A stretch of 64,000 nt of DNA, from assembly GCF_054482525.1 (NCBI RefSeq), contig NZ_CM137006.1, one strand, 5' to 3'. The translations under genes and the position numbers were made by a program. This document shows, piece by piece, positions 26,701 to 37,359 of the stretch (position 1 is the stretch's first letter; every line of letters starts with the position of its first letter). The notes under the pieces are model-generated. The model searched no databases. It saw only the letters and a program-made list of their open reading frames with translations, and was not told where the DNA came from.

Positions 26701-28686
26701 AACGGTGAATTGCGCGTCATGGCGCAAGCCTGGACGGCAGATGACTTCGGTAGCAACGAAAGCAAAGTGATAGTTGCCGCACCGGTGATTGCTGAACTGA
26801 ACATGCCGCGCTTTATGGCGAGTGGCGATACCTCGCGTCTGACGCTGGATATCACTAATCTTACCGATAAACCGCAAAAACTGAACGTTGCCCTGACCGC
26901 CAGTGGTTTGCTTGAACTGGTTAGCAACTCTCCCGCACCTGTTGAATTAGCGCCAGGTGTGCGTACTACGCTGTTTATCCCGGTGCGAGCATTGCAAGGT
27001 TATGGCGATGGAGAAATTCAGGCCACCATTAGCGGGTTAGCGTTACCGGGTGAAACCGTTGCCGATCAGCATAAGCAGTGGAAAATCGGCGTCCGTCCGG
27101 CGTTCCCGGCACAAACGGTTAATTACGGTACGGCGATACAGCCTGGTGAGACATGGGCGATTCCGGCGGATGGATTGCAAAACTTCTCACCTGTTACGCT
27201 GGAAGGGCAATTGTTGTTGAGCGGCAAACCACCGCTGAACATCGCACGTTATATCAAAGAGTTAAAAGCGTATCCGTACGGCTGTCTTGAGCAAACCGCC
27301 AGCGGCCTGTTCCCGTCACTTTATACCGACGCAGCCCAACTGCAGGCGTTGGGCATCAAAGGCGACAGTGATGAGAAACGCCGTGCATCGGTCGATATCG
27401 GCATTTCCCGTTTGCTGCAAATGCAACGTGATAACGGCGGCTTTGCGCTGTGGGATAAAAACGGTGACGAAGAGTACTGGCTGACGGCTTACGTGTTGGA
27501 TTTCCTGGTCCGCGCAGGCGAACAGGGTTACAGCGTGCCGACAGACGCCATTAACCGGGGTAATGAGCGTCTGCTGCGCTATTTACAAGATCCGGGCATG
27601 ATGTCGATCCCGTACGCGGATAATCTCAAAGCCAGTAAATTCGCCGTACAGTCTTACGCTGCGCTGGTGCTGGCCCGTCAGCAAAAAGCTCCACTGGGTG
27701 CGCTGCGTGAAATCTGGGAGCATCGTGCAGATGCCGCTTCTGGTTTACCGCTGCTGCAACTTGGCGTTGCGCTGAAAACCATGGGTGATGCGACGCGTGG
27801 TGAAGAAGCAATTGCGTTGGCGCTGAAAACGCCGCGTAATAGTGATGAGCGGATATGGCTGGGTGATTACGGTAGTCCACTGCGCGACAACGCGTTAATG
27901 CTCTCCTTGCTGGAAGAAAATAAACAGCTACCCGATGAGCAGTACACTTTGCTGAACACACTTTCGCAGCAGGCGTTTGGTGAACGCTGGCTATCGACGC
28001 AGGAAAGTAACGCGTTGTTCCTGGCTGCCCGTACGATTCAGGATTTACCGGGTAAATGGCAGGCGCAAACCTCTTTCTCAGCTGAGCCGCTGACAGGCGA
28101 GAAAGCGCAAAACAGTAATCTGAATAGCGATCAACTTGCTACCTTACAGGTGACCAACAGTGGCGATCAGCCGTTATGGCTGCGTGTGGATGCCAGCGGT
28201 TATCCGCAATCCGCACCTTTACCGGCGAACAATGTGCTGCAAATCGAGCGTCATATTCTTGGTACTGATGGTAAGAGCAAATCGCTGGACTCGTTACGTA
28301 GCGGCGATCTGGTGCTGGTGTGGTTGCAGGTAAAAGCCAGCAACAGCGTGCCGGATGCGTTAGTCGTTGATTTACTGCCAGCGGGTCTGGAACTGGAAAA
28401 CCAGAATCTGGCGAACGGTAGCGCCAGCCTGGAGCAAAGTGGTGGCGAAGTGCAGAACTTACTGAACCAGATGCAGCAGGCGAGTATTAAGCACATTGAG
28501 TTCCGTGACGATCGCTTTGTGGCGGCGGTTGCCGTTGATGAATACCAACCGGTAACGCTGGTGTATCTGGCGCGGGCGGTGACGCCGGGAACGTATCAGG
28601 TGCCGCAGCCTATGGTGGAATCGATGTATGTTCCCCAATGGCGGGCGACCGGCGCGGCTGAAGATTTGCTGATTGTCAGACCGTAA
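23725..28686 (+). CDS. yfhM: Alpha-2-macroglobulin family lipoprotein
   Basis: 1653 aa; lipobox LALAGC; thioester motif CLEQ; A2M architecture. Confidence 0.9.
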   Translation: MKKLRVAACMLMLALAGCDNNDNAPTAVKKDAPSEVTKAASSENVSSAKLSAPERQKLAQQSAGKALTLLDLSEVQLDGAAALVLTFSIPLDPDQDFSRVIHVVDKKSGKVDGAWELSDNLKELRLRHLEPKRDLIVTIGKEVKALNNATFSKDYEKTITTRDIQPSVGFASRGSLLPGKVIEGLPVMALNVNNVDVNFFRVKPESLPAFISQWEYRNSLANWQSEKLLQMADLVYTGRFDLNPARNTREKLLLPLGDIKPLQQAGVYLAVMNQAGRYDYSNPATLFTLSDIGVSAHRYHNRLDIFTQSLENGAAQQGIEVSLLNEKGQTLTQATSDAQGHVQLENDKNAALLLARKDGQTTLLDLKLPALDLAEFNIAGAPGYSKQFFMFGPRDLYRPGETVILNGLLRDADGKALPDQPIKLDVIKPDGQVLRSVVSQPENGLYHFTWPLDSNAATGMWHIRANTGDNQYRMWDFHVEDFMPERMALNLTGEKTPLTPKDEVKFFVVGYYLYGAPANGNTLQGQLFLRPLREAVSALPGFEFGDIAAENLSRTLDEVQLTLDDKGRGEVSTESQWKETHSPLQVIFQGSLLESGGRPVTRRAEQAIWPADALPGIRPQFASKSVYDYRTDSTVKQPIVDEDSNAAFDIVYSDAQGVKKAVSGLQVRLIRERRDYYWNWSEDEGWQSQFDQKDLIENEQTLDLKADETGKVSFPVEWGAYRLEVKAPNEAVSSVRFWAGYSWQDNSDGSGAVRPDRVTLKLDKASYRPGDTIKLHIAAPTAGKGYAMVESSEGPLWWQEIDVSAQGLDLTIPVDKTWNRHDLYLSTLVVRPGDKSRSATPKRAVGVLHLPLGDENRRLDLALETPTQMRPNQPLTVKIKASNKNGEMPKQVNVLVSAVDSGVLNITDYVTPDPWQAFFGQKRYGADIYDIYGQVIEGQGRLAALRFGGDGDELKRGGKPPVNHVKIVAQQALPVTLNEQGEGSVTLPIGDFNGELRVMAQAWTADDFGSNESKVIVAAPVIAELNMPRFMASGDTSRLTLDITNLTDKPQKLNVALTASGLLELVSNSPAPVELAPGVRTTLFIPVRALQGYGDGEIQATISGLALPGETVADQHKQWKIGVRPAFPAQTVNYGTAIQPGETWAIPADGLQNFSPVTLEGQLLLSGKPPLNIARYIKELKAYPYGCLEQTASGLFPSLYTDAAQLQALGIKGDSDEKRRASVDIGISRLLQMQRDNGGFALWDKNGDEEYWLTAYVLDFLVRAGEQGYSVPTDAINRGNERLLRYLQDPGMMSIPYADNLKASKFAVQSYAALVLARQQKAPLGALREIWEHRADAASGLPLLQLGVALKTMGDATRGEEAIALALKTPRNSDERIWLGDYGSPLRDNALMLSLLEENKQLPDEQYTLLNTLSQQAFGERWLSTQESNALFLAARTIQDLPGKWQAQTSFSAEPLTGEKAQNSNLNSDQLATLQVTNSGDQPLWLRVDASGYPQSAPLPANNVLQIERHILGTDGKSKSLDSLRSGDLVLVWLQVKASNSVPDALVVDLLPAGLELENQNLANGSASLEQSGGEVQNLLNQMQQASIKHIEFRDDRFVAAVAVDEYQPVTLVYLARAVTPGTYQVPQPMVESMYVPQWRATGAAEDLLIVRP

Positions 28687-30999
28687 ATGCCTCGCCAGTT
28701 AACAAAACGCGGCTGCTGGATAATGCTGGCAGCTGCGCCCTTTCTCCTTTTTCTTGCAGCGTGGGGAGCTGATAAACTCTGGCCTCTACCGCTGCATGAA
28801 GTCAATCCCGCACGAGTGGTCGTGGCGCAGGATGGTACGCCGCTCTGGCGTTTCGCCGATGCTGAGGGCATCTGGCGTTATCCGGTAACAATCGAAGATG
28901 TTTCTCCACGTTACCTTGAAGCGCTGATCAATTATGAAGATCGCTGGTTCTGGAAGCATCCGGGGGTGAATCCATTCTCGGTGGCGCGCGCAGCATGGCA
29001 AGATCTTGCTTCGGGACGGGTTATTTCCGGTGGCAGCACGCTCACTATGCAGGTTGCTCGTTTGCTTGATCCTCACCCCAAAACATTTGGCGGCAAAATT
29101 CGCCAACTCTGGCGCGCGTTGCAACTGGAGTGGCATCTGTCTAAGCGTGAAATTCTGACCTTGTATCTAAACCGCGCTCCGTTTGGCGGTACGTTGCAGG
29201 GGATCGGTGCGGCAAGTTGGGCTTATCTCGGAAAATCGCCTGCGAATTTAAGCTATTCCGAGGCGGCAATGCTGGCGGTGTTGCCGCAAGCGCCCAGCCG
29301 ACTACGCCCGGATCGCTGGCCGGAACGTGCCGAAGCCGCGCGTAATAAAGTTCTCGAACGGATGGCCGTGCAAGGTGTGTGGTCCCGTGAGCAGGTAAAA
29401 GAGTCAAGGGAAGAACCCATCTGGCTGGCACCCCGACAAATGCCGCAATTGGCACCGCTGTTTTCGCGCATGATGCTCGGTAAAAGCAAAAGCGACAAAA
29501 TCGTTACTACGCTGGATGCCGGTCTTCAACGACGTCTGGAAGAACTGGCGCAAAACTGGAAAGGACGATTACCACCGCGCAGCTCACTGGCGATGATCGT
29601 GGTTGACCATACCGATATGCGTGTTCGCGGTTGGGTGGGATCGGTTGATCTCAACGATGATTCACGCTTTGGTCATGTTGATATGGTCAATGCGATCCGA
29701 TCGCCAGGATCGGTGCTCAAACCGTTTGTTTATGGTCTGGCGTTGGGTGAAGGTTTGATCCACCCGGCATCACTGCTGCAAGACGTCCCCCGGCGCACCG
29801 GTGATTATCGACCTGGCAACTTTGACAGCGGTTTTCATGGCCCGATCAGCATGAGTGAGGCGCTGGTGCGCTCGCTGAACTTACCTGCTGTGCAGGTGCT
29901 GGAAGCCTATGGACCGAAACGGTTTGCGGCAAAGTTACGCAATGTTGGATTGCCGTTATATTTGCCCAACGGTGCTGCACCGAATCTTTCGCTCATTCTC
30001 GGCGGCGCTGGTGCAAAACTGGAAGATATGGCGGCAGCGTATACCGCGTTTGCTCGCCACGGCAAGGCAGGCAAATTGCGCTTACAGCCTGACGATCCGC
30101 TGCTTGAACGGCCTTTAATGTCGTCGGGGGCGGCGTGGATCATTCGCCGGATTATGGCTGATGAAGCGCAACCCTTACCGGATAGTGCCTTGCCGCGCGT
30201 CGCCCCACTGGCATGGAAAACGGGCACCAGCTATGGCTATCGTGATGCCTGGGCGATTGGGGTTAACGCTCGCTATGTTATTGGGATCTGGACTGGCAGA
30301 CCGGACGGCACGCCCGTTGTTGGTCAGTTTGGCTTTGCCAGCGCCGTACCATTGTTGAATCAGGTCAATAATATCTTACTGTCGCGCAGTGCGAATCTGC
30401 CGGAAGACCCACGTCCTGACTCTGTAAGTCGTGGCGTTATCTGCTGGCCGGGCGGACAGTCTTTGCCGGAAGGTGACGGTAACTGCCGCCGCCGCCTGGC
30501 AACCTGGCTGCTGGACGGGAGTCAGCCGCCAACTCTATTACTGCCGGAGCAGGAAGGCATTAATGGCATTCGTTTCCCCATCTGGCTGGATGAAAACGGC
30601 AAACGTGTTGCCGCTGATTGCCCTCAGGCGCGACAAGAAATGATAAATGTCTGGCCGCTACCGCTGGAACCCTGGTTGCCCGCATCAGAACGCCGCGCTG
30701 TGCGCTTACCACCAGCCTCGACAATTTGCCCGCCATACGGTCACGATGCACAACTCCCGCTGCAGCTGACAGGCGTGCGCGATGGCGCGATTATTAAACG
30801 CTTACCGGGGGCAGCGGAAGCGACTTTGCCGTTGCAATCAAGTGGAGGGGCAGGTGAACGCTGGTGGTTTCTGAATGGCGAACCGCTAACTGAACGCGGG
30901 CGCAACGTGACCCTGCATTTGACGGACAAAGGCGATTATCAATTGCTGGTGATGGATGAGGTGGGGCAAATAGCAGCAGTGAAATTTGTCATGCAATAG
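28687..30999 (+). CDS. pbpC: Penicillin-binding protein 1C (glycosyltransferase/transpeptidase)
   Basis: 770 aa; glycosyltransferase motifs (EDRWFWKHPGVN, GGSTLTMQ) and transpeptidase SxxK; adjacent to yfhM. Confidence 0.9.
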   Translation: MPRQLTKRGCWIMLAAAPFLLFLAAWGADKLWPLPLHEVNPARVVVAQDGTPLWRFADAEGIWRYPVTIEDVSPRYLEALINYEDRWFWKHPGVNPFSVARAAWQDLASGRVISGGSTLTMQVARLLDPHPKTFGGKIRQLWRALQLEWHLSKREILTLYLNRAPFGGTLQGIGAASWAYLGKSPANLSYSEAAMLAVLPQAPSRLRPDRWPERAEAARNKVLERMAVQGVWSREQVKESREEPIWLAPRQMPQLAPLFSRMMLGKSKSDKIVTTLDAGLQRRLEELAQNWKGRLPPRSSLAMIVVDHTDMRVRGWVGSVDLNDDSRFGHVDMVNAIRSPGSVLKPFVYGLALGEGLIHPASLLQDVPRRTGDYRPGNFDSGFHGPISMSEALVRSLNLPAVQVLEAYGPKRFAAKLRNVGLPLYLPNGAAPNLSLILGGAGAKLEDMAAAYTAFARHGKAGKLRLQPDDPLLERPLMSSGAAWIIRRIMADEAQPLPDSALPRVAPLAWKTGTSYGYRDAWAIGVNARYVIGIWTGRPDGTPVVGQFGFASAVPLLNQVNNILLSRSANLPEDPRPDSVSRGVICWPGGQSLPEGDGNCRRRLATWLLDGSQPPTLLLPEQEGINGIRFPIWLDENGKRVAADCPQARQEMINVWPLPLEPWLPASERRAVRLPPASTICPPYGHDAQLPLQLTGVRDGAIIKRLPGAAEATLPLQSSGGAGERWWFLNGEPLTERGRNVTLHLTDKGDYQLLVMDEVGQIAAVKFVMQ

Positions 31000-31147
31000 T
31001 CTGTTTTGTCCCTGATTGTTGCTTAAACTGGGTTTATTTTAAAAAAATGTTACCTTCATCAATAGTCAACGGCCTTGTTGCTCATTATAATCCGCGCCAT
31101 CTCGTACGCTGGTACAGACAACAACAGAACAATTTACAGAGGTAAAA

Positions 31148-31579
31148 ATGGCTATTGAACGTACTTTTTCCATCATCAAACCGAACGCGGTAGCAAAAAA
31201 CGTCATAGGTAATATCTTTGCGCGCTTTGAAGCTGCAGGGTTCAAAATTGTCGGCACCAAAATGCTGCACCTGACCGTTGAACAGGCTCGTGGCTTTTAT
31301 GCTGAACACGATGGAAAACCGTTCTTTGATGGTCTGGTTGAATTCATGACTTCTGGCCCGATCGTTGTTTCCGTGCTGGAAGGTGAAAATGCTGTTCAGC
31401 GTCACCGCGATCTGCTGGGCGCGACCAATCCGGCAAATGCACTGGCCGGTACTCTGCGTGCTGATTACGCTGACAGCCTGACCGAAAATGGTACCCACGG
31501 TTCTGATTCCGTCGAATCTGCCGCTCGCGAAATCGCTTTTTTCTTCGGCGAAGGCGAAGTGTGCCCGCGCACCCGTTAA
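31148..31579 (+). CDS. ndk: Nucleoside diphosphate kinase
   Basis: 143 aa; NGTHGSDS active-site His motif. Confidence 0.95.
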   Translation: MAIERTFSIIKPNAVAKNVIGNIFARFEAAGFKIVGTKMLHLTVEQARGFYAEHDGKPFFDGLVEFMTSGPIVVSVLEGENAVQRHRDLLGATNPANALAGTLRADYADSLTENGTHGSDSVESAAREIAFFFGEGEVCPRTR

Positions 31580-31640
31580 TAATTTCGTAAATGCCGCGTG
31601 CAAACGTGGCATCCGTGCGCCAGAATTTGTACAATGCAGC

Positions 31641-31682
31641 GCCCCCGGACGAGCAGCCGCTCACCGGGGCGTTTCTTTTTTC
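31641..31682 (+). terminator. Putative rho-independent terminator after ndk
   Basis: GC hairpin gcccccgg…ccggggc followed by tttctttttt. Confidence 0.45.
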
Positions 31683-31728
31683 AACCCTCCAGGGGCCATA
31701 ACGTGTAATAACGAGGCCGGAATAGCAT

Positions 31729-32883
31729 ATGTCTGAACAATTAGTCACACCTGAAAACGTCACCACGAAAGATGGAAAAATCAACCTGCTGGATCTCAAC
31801 CGTCAGCAGATGCGGGAGTTTTTTAAAGATTTAGGTGAAAAACCCTTCCGCGCCGATCAGGTGATGAAGTGGATGTATCACTATTGCTGCGACAACTTTG
31901 ATGAGATGACCGACATCAACAAAGTGTTGCGCGGCAAGCTGAAAGAGGTGGCGGAAATCCGCGCACCGGAAGTGGTTGAAGAACAGCGTTCATCTGACGG
32001 CACCATTAAATGGGCGATCGCCGTTGGCGATCAGCGCGTTGAAACGGTGTATATCCCGGAAGACGACCGTGCCACGCTCTGCGTCTCTTCGCAGGTGGGG
32101 TGTGCGCTGGAGTGTAAATTCTGTTCCACCGCCCAGCAGGGCTTTAACCGCAACCTGCGGGTATCGGAAATTATCGGCCAGGTGTGGCGTGCGGCGAAAA
32201 TTGTCGGCGCAGCAAAAGTCACCGGTCAGCGTCCAATCACTAACGTAGTGATGATGGGTATGGGCGAGCCGCTGCTCAACCTGAACAACGTCGTTCCGGC
32301 GATGGAAATCATGCTTGATGATTTCGGTTTTGGCCTGTCAAAACGTCGCGTCACGCTTTCCACTTCCGGTGTGGTTCCGGCGCTGGATAAACTGGGCGAT
32401 ATGATCGACGTTGCGCTGGCTATCTCCCTGCACGCGCCGAACGACGAAATTCGTGACGAAATTGTGCCGATCAACAAAAAGTACAATATCGAAACGTTCC
32501 TTGCGGCGGTGCGCCGTTATCTGGAGAAATCCAACGCCAATCAGGGCCGAGTCACTATTGAATACGTGATGCTTGACCACGTTAACGACGGCACTGAACA
32601 CGCGCACCAACTGGCGGAACTGCTGAAAGATACGCCGTGTAAGATCAACCTGATCCCGTGGAATCCCTTCCCGGGCGCGCCGTATGGACGCAGCTCGAAC
32701 AGCCGTATCGACCGTTTCTCAAAAGTGCTGATGAGCTACGGTTTCACCACTATTGTGCGTAAAACCCGTGGTGATGATATTGATGCTGCCTGTGGTCAGT
32801 TGGCGGGCGATGTTATCGACCGTACGAAACGTACCCTGCGTAAACGGATGCAGGGTGAAGCCATCGACATTAAAGCGGTCTGA
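31729..32883 (+). CDS. rlmN: 23S rRNA/tRNA m2A methyltransferase (radical SAM)
   Basis: 384 aa; radical-SAM CxxxCxxC (CALECKFC). Confidence 0.9.
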
Positions 32884-33167
32884 TAGCCATTACGCCACGG
32901 TTACTTTATGTACCGTGGCGTAATCTTTTATGAATGAAGTATTAAGTTGCAATTGTCTGGTCAATATTAACGGTGCGTTTTTGCTGACTTTAAGGCAGTA
33001 TGTAACGATGCAACAGTAAGTTAGCCTTAGTGAATGTGGGCTTTGTCACGAGCACACAGACGGTCTTATACTGTATGATAACGGTTAACTTAACGGATGT
33101 TTCGCGGTGTGGGTGAGCATGATGGTTCACCGGCATCTCAATTCTCATTTAAACGTACCTGCAGCGA

Positions 33168-34181
33168 ATGAATACTGAAGCCACGCACGACCAAAATGAA
33201 GCACTTACTACCGGCGCTCGCCTGCGTAATGCTCGCGAACAACTAGGACTTAGTCAGCAGGCCGTTGCCGAGCGACTTTGCCTGAAGGTTTCCACGGTAC
33301 GCGACATTGAAGAAGATAAGGCACCCGCCGATCTTGCTTCAACATTCCTGCGCGGATATATCCGCTCTTATGCGCGTCTGGTACATATTCCAGAAGAAGA
33401 ACTGCTGCCAGGGCTGGAAAAGCAGGCTCCACTACGGGCTGCAAAAGTTGCGCCGATGCAGAGTTTTTCCCTTGGTAAACGCCGCAAAAAACGTGACGGC
33501 TGGCTGATGACCTTCACCTGGCTGGTGTTGTTTGTGGTTATCGGCCTGAGCGGTGCCTGGTGGTGGCAAGACCACAAAGCTCAGCAGGAAGAGATCACCA
33601 CTATGGCCGATCAATCTTCGGCGGAATTGAGCAGTAATAGCGAGCAGGGGCAGAGTGTTCCGTTAAATACGTCGACAACTACAGACCCGGCTACAACGTC
33701 CACGCCGCCAGCGTCTGTGGATACTACCGCAACCAACACGCAAACACCTGCCGTAACTGCGCCAGCACCAGCTGTTGATCCGCAACAGAATGCGGTTGTT
33801 TCGCCTTCGCAGGCAAATGTTGATACCGCCGCGACCCCGGCACCAACGGCAACAACAACGCCAGATGGTGCTGCGCCGTTGCCAACCGATCAGGCTGGCG
33901 TGACCACGCCGGTGGCTGATCCGAATGCGCTGGTGATGAACTTTACTGCCGATTGCTGGCTGGAGGTCACTGATGCTACCGGTAAAAAATTGTTTAGCGG
34001 TATGCAGCGTAAAGACGGTAATTTGAACTTAACCGGCCAGGCACCGTACAAACTGAAAATTGGTGCGCCAGCCGCAGTACAGATCCAGTATCAAGGGAAA
34101 CCTGTCGATCTGAGTCGTTTTATCAGAACTAACCAGGTTGCGCGTCTGACCCTCAATGCCGAACAATCACCGGCGCAGTAA
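33168..34181 (+). CDS. rodZ: Cytoskeleton protein RodZ
   Basis: 337 aa; N-terminal XRE HTH, single TM helix, Pro/Thr-rich linker. Confidence 0.85.
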   Translation: MNTEATHDQNEALTTGARLRNAREQLGLSQQAVAERLCLKVSTVRDIEEDKAPADLASTFLRGYIRSYARLVHIPEEELLPGLEKQAPLRAAKVAPMQSFSLGKRRKKRDGWLMTFTWLVLFVVIGLSGAWWWQDHKAQQEEITTMADQSSAELSSNSEQGQSVPLNTSTTTDPATTSTPPASVDTTATNTQTPAVTAPAPAVDPQQNAVVSPSQANVDTAATPAPTATTTPDGAAPLPTDQAGVTTPVADPNALVMNFTADCWLEVTDATGKKLFSGMQRKDGNLNLTGQAPYKLKIGAPAAVQIQYQGKPVDLSRFIRTNQVARLTLNAEQSPAQ

Positions 34182-34207
34182 CAGACGGGTAACGCGGGAG
34201 ATTTTTC

Positions 34208-35326
34208 ATGCATAACCAGGCTCCAATTCAACGTAGAAAATCAACACGTATTTACGTTGGGAATGTGCCGATTGGCGATGGTGCTCCCATCGCCGTACAG
34301 TCCATGACCAATACGCGCACGACAGACGTCGAAGCAACGGTCAATCAAATCAAGGCGTTGGAACGTGTTGGCGCTGATATCGTCCGTGTCTCCGTACCGA
34401 CGATGGACGCGGCAGAAGCGTTCAAACTCATCAAACAGCAGGTTAACGTGCCGCTGGTGGCTGACATCCATTTCGACTATCGCATTGCGCTGAAAGTAGC
34501 GGAATACGGCGTCGATTGTCTGCGTATTAACCCTGGCAATATCGGTAATGAAGAGCGTATTCGCATGGTGGTTGACTGTGCGCGCGATAAAAACATTCCG
34601 ATCCGTATTGGCGTTAACGCCGGATCGCTGGAAAAAGATCTGCAAGAAAAGTATGGCGAACCGACGCCGCAGGCATTGCTGGAATCCGCCATGCGCCATG
34701 TTGATCATCTTGATCGCCTGAACTTCGATCAGTTCAAAGTCAGCGTGAAAGCGTCAGACGTCTTCCTCGCTGTTGAGTCTTATCGTTTGCTGGCAAAACA
34801 GATCGATCAGCCGCTGCATCTGGGGATCACCGAAGCGGGTGGCGCGCGCAGCGGGGCGGTTAAATCCGCCATTGGTTTAGGTCTGCTGCTGTCTGAAGGC
34901 ATCGGCGACACGCTGCGCGTATCGCTGGCGGCCGATCCGGTTGAAGAGATCAAAGTCGGTTTCGATATTTTGAAATCGCTGCGTATCCGTTCGCGAGGGA
35001 TCAACTTCATCGCCTGCCCGACCTGTTCGCGTCAGGAATTTGATGTTATCGGTACGGTTAACGCGCTGGAGCAACGCCTGGAAGATATCATCACTCCGAT
35101 GGACGTTTCGATTATCGGCTGCGTGGTGAATGGCCCAGGTGAGGCGCTGGTTTCTACACTCGGCGTCACCGGCGGCAACAAGAAAAGCGGCCTCTATGAA
35201 GATGGCGTGCGCAAAGACCGTCTGGACAACAACGATATGATCGACCAGCTGGAAGCACGCATTCGTGCGAAAGCCAGTCAGCTGGACGAAGCGCGTCGAA
35301 TTGACGTTCAGCAGGTTGAAAAATAA
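34208..35326 (+). CDS. ispG: 4-hydroxy-3-methylbut-2-enyl diphosphate synthase
   Basis: 372 aa; Cys ligands CPTCSR…GCVVNGPGE. Confidence 0.9.
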
Positions 35327-35436
35327 TAACGTGATGGGAAGCGCCTCGCTTCCCGTGTATGATTGAACCCGCATGGCTCCCGAAACATTGAGGGAAGCGT
35401 TGAGGGTTCATTTTTATATTCAGAAAGAGAATAAAC

Positions 35437-36711
35437 GTGGCAAAAAACATTCAAGCCATTCGCGGCATGAACGATTACCTGCCTGGCGAAACGGCCATCT
35501 GGCAGCGCATTGAAGGCACACTGAAAAACGTGCTCGGCAGCTACGGTTACAGTGAAATCCGCTTGCCGATTGTAGAGCAGACCCCGCTATTCAAACGTGC
35601 GATTGGTGAAGTCACCGACGTGGTTGAAAAAGAGATGTACACCTTTGAGGATCGCAATGGCGACAGCCTGACTCTGCGCCCTGAAGGGACGGCGGGCTGT
35701 GTACGCGCCGGCATCGAGCATGGTCTTCTGTACAATCAGGAACAGCGTCTGTGGTATATCGGGCCGATGTTCCGTCACGAGCGTCCTCAGAAAGGGCGTT
35801 ATCGTCAGTTCCATCAGTTGGGCTGCGAAGTTTTCGGTCTGCAAGGCCCGGATATCGACGCTGAACTGATTATGCTCACCGCCCGCTGGTGGCGCGCGCT
35901 GGGTATCTCCGAGCACGTAACTCTTGAGCTGAACTCTATCGGTTCGCTGGAAGCACGAGCCAATTACCGCGATGCGCTGGTGGCATTCCTTGAGCAGCAT
36001 AAAGAAAAGCTGGACGAAGACTGCAAACGCCGCATGTACACTAACCCGCTGCGCGTGCTGGATTCAAAAAATCCGGAAGTGCAGGCGCTTCTCAACGACG
36101 CTCCGGCATTAGGCGATTATCTGGACGAGGAATCTCGTGAGCATTTTGCCGGTCTGTGCAAACTGCTGGAGAGCGCGGGGATCGCTTACACCGTCAACCA
36201 GCGTCTGGTGCGTGGTCTGGATTACTATAACCGTACCGTTTTCGAGTGGGTGACTAACAGTCTCGGCTCCCAGGGCACCGTGTGTGCAGGCGGTCGTTAT
36301 GACGGTCTGGTGGAACAACTGGGCGGTCGTGCAACACCGGCTGTCGGTTTTGCGATGGGCCTCGAACGTCTTGTATTGTTAGTACAGGCCGTTAATCCGG
36401 AATTTAAAGCCGATCCTGTTGTCGATATATACCTGGTGGCTTCAGGTGCTGATACACAATCTGCGGCTATGGCATTAGCTGAGCGTCTGCGTGATGAATT
36501 ACCGGGCGTGAAATTGATGACCAACCACGGCGGCGGCAACTTTAAGAAACAGTTTGCCCGTGCTGATAAATGGGGTGCCCGCGTTGCTGTGGTGCTGGGT
36601 GAGTCTGAAGTGGCTAACGGCACAGCAGTAGTGAAGGATTTGCGCTCTGGTGAGCAAACGGCAGTTGCGCAGGATAGCGTAGCCGCGCATTTGCGCACGT
36701 TACTGGGTTAA
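35437..36711 (+). CDS. hisS: Histidyl-tRNA synthetase
   Basis: 424 aa; class II aaRS motifs ([17 protein letters not shown]). Confidence 0.9.
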
Positions 36712-36728
36712 GGAAGGAGAAGGACAGC

Positions 36729-37349
36729 GTGGAAATTTACGAGAACGAAAACGACCAGGTAGAAGCGGTTAAACGCTTTTTTGCTGAAAATGGCAAAGCA
36801 CTGGCTGTTGGGGTGATTTTGGGCGTTGGTGCACTGATTGGCTGGCGCTACTGGAACAGCCATCAGGTTGATTCTGCACGCTCCGCTTCTCTTGCCTATC
36901 AAAATGCGGTTACCGCAGTGAGCGAAGGCAAACCGGATAGCATTCCGGCGGCGGAAAAATTTGCTGCTGAAAATAAAAATACTTATGGTGCGCTGGCTTC
37001 TTTGGAACTTGCGCAGCAATTTGTTGACAAAAATGAACTAGAGAAAGCTGCCGCCCAGTTACAACAGGGGCTGGCAGACACGAGCGATGAAAATCTCAAA
37101 GCCGTGATAAATCTGCGTCTTGCTCGCGTTCAGGTTCAGCTCAAGCAGGCTGATGCCGCGCTGAAAACCCTTGATGCCATCAAAGGTGAAGGGTGGGCTG
37201 CCATTGTTGCCGACCTGCGTGGTGAAGCATTGCTGAGCAAAGGTGATAAGCAAGGTGCGCGTAGTGCATGGGAAGCAGGCGTGAAAAGCGATGTTACCCC
37301 GGCACTGAGCGAAATGATGCAGATGAAAATTAATAATTTGTCCATCTGA
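36729..37349 (+). CDS. yfgM: TPR-like membrane-anchored protein YfgM
   Basis: 206 aa; conserved position between hisS and bamB. Confidence 0.8.
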   Translation: MEIYENENDQVEAVKRFFAENGKALAVGVILGVGALIGWRYWNSHQVDSARSASLAYQNAVTAVSEGKPDSIPAAEKFAAENKNTYGALASLELAQQFVDKNELEKAAAQLQQGLADTSDENLKAVINLRLARVQVQLKQADAALKTLDAIKGEGWAAIVADLRGEALLSKGDKQGARSAWEAGVKSDVTPALSEMMQMKINNLSI

Positions 37350-37359
37350 GAGGGACCCG

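Noticed and set aside
23834-28496. Numerous antisense or alternate-frame ORFs of 60-180 aa inside yfhM, pbpC, hscA, guaA, pepB, iscS and other long genes
   Set aside because: Fully embedded in well-supported long genes, with no RBS and low-complexity Arg/Ala-rich translations typical of GC-rich antisense frames.
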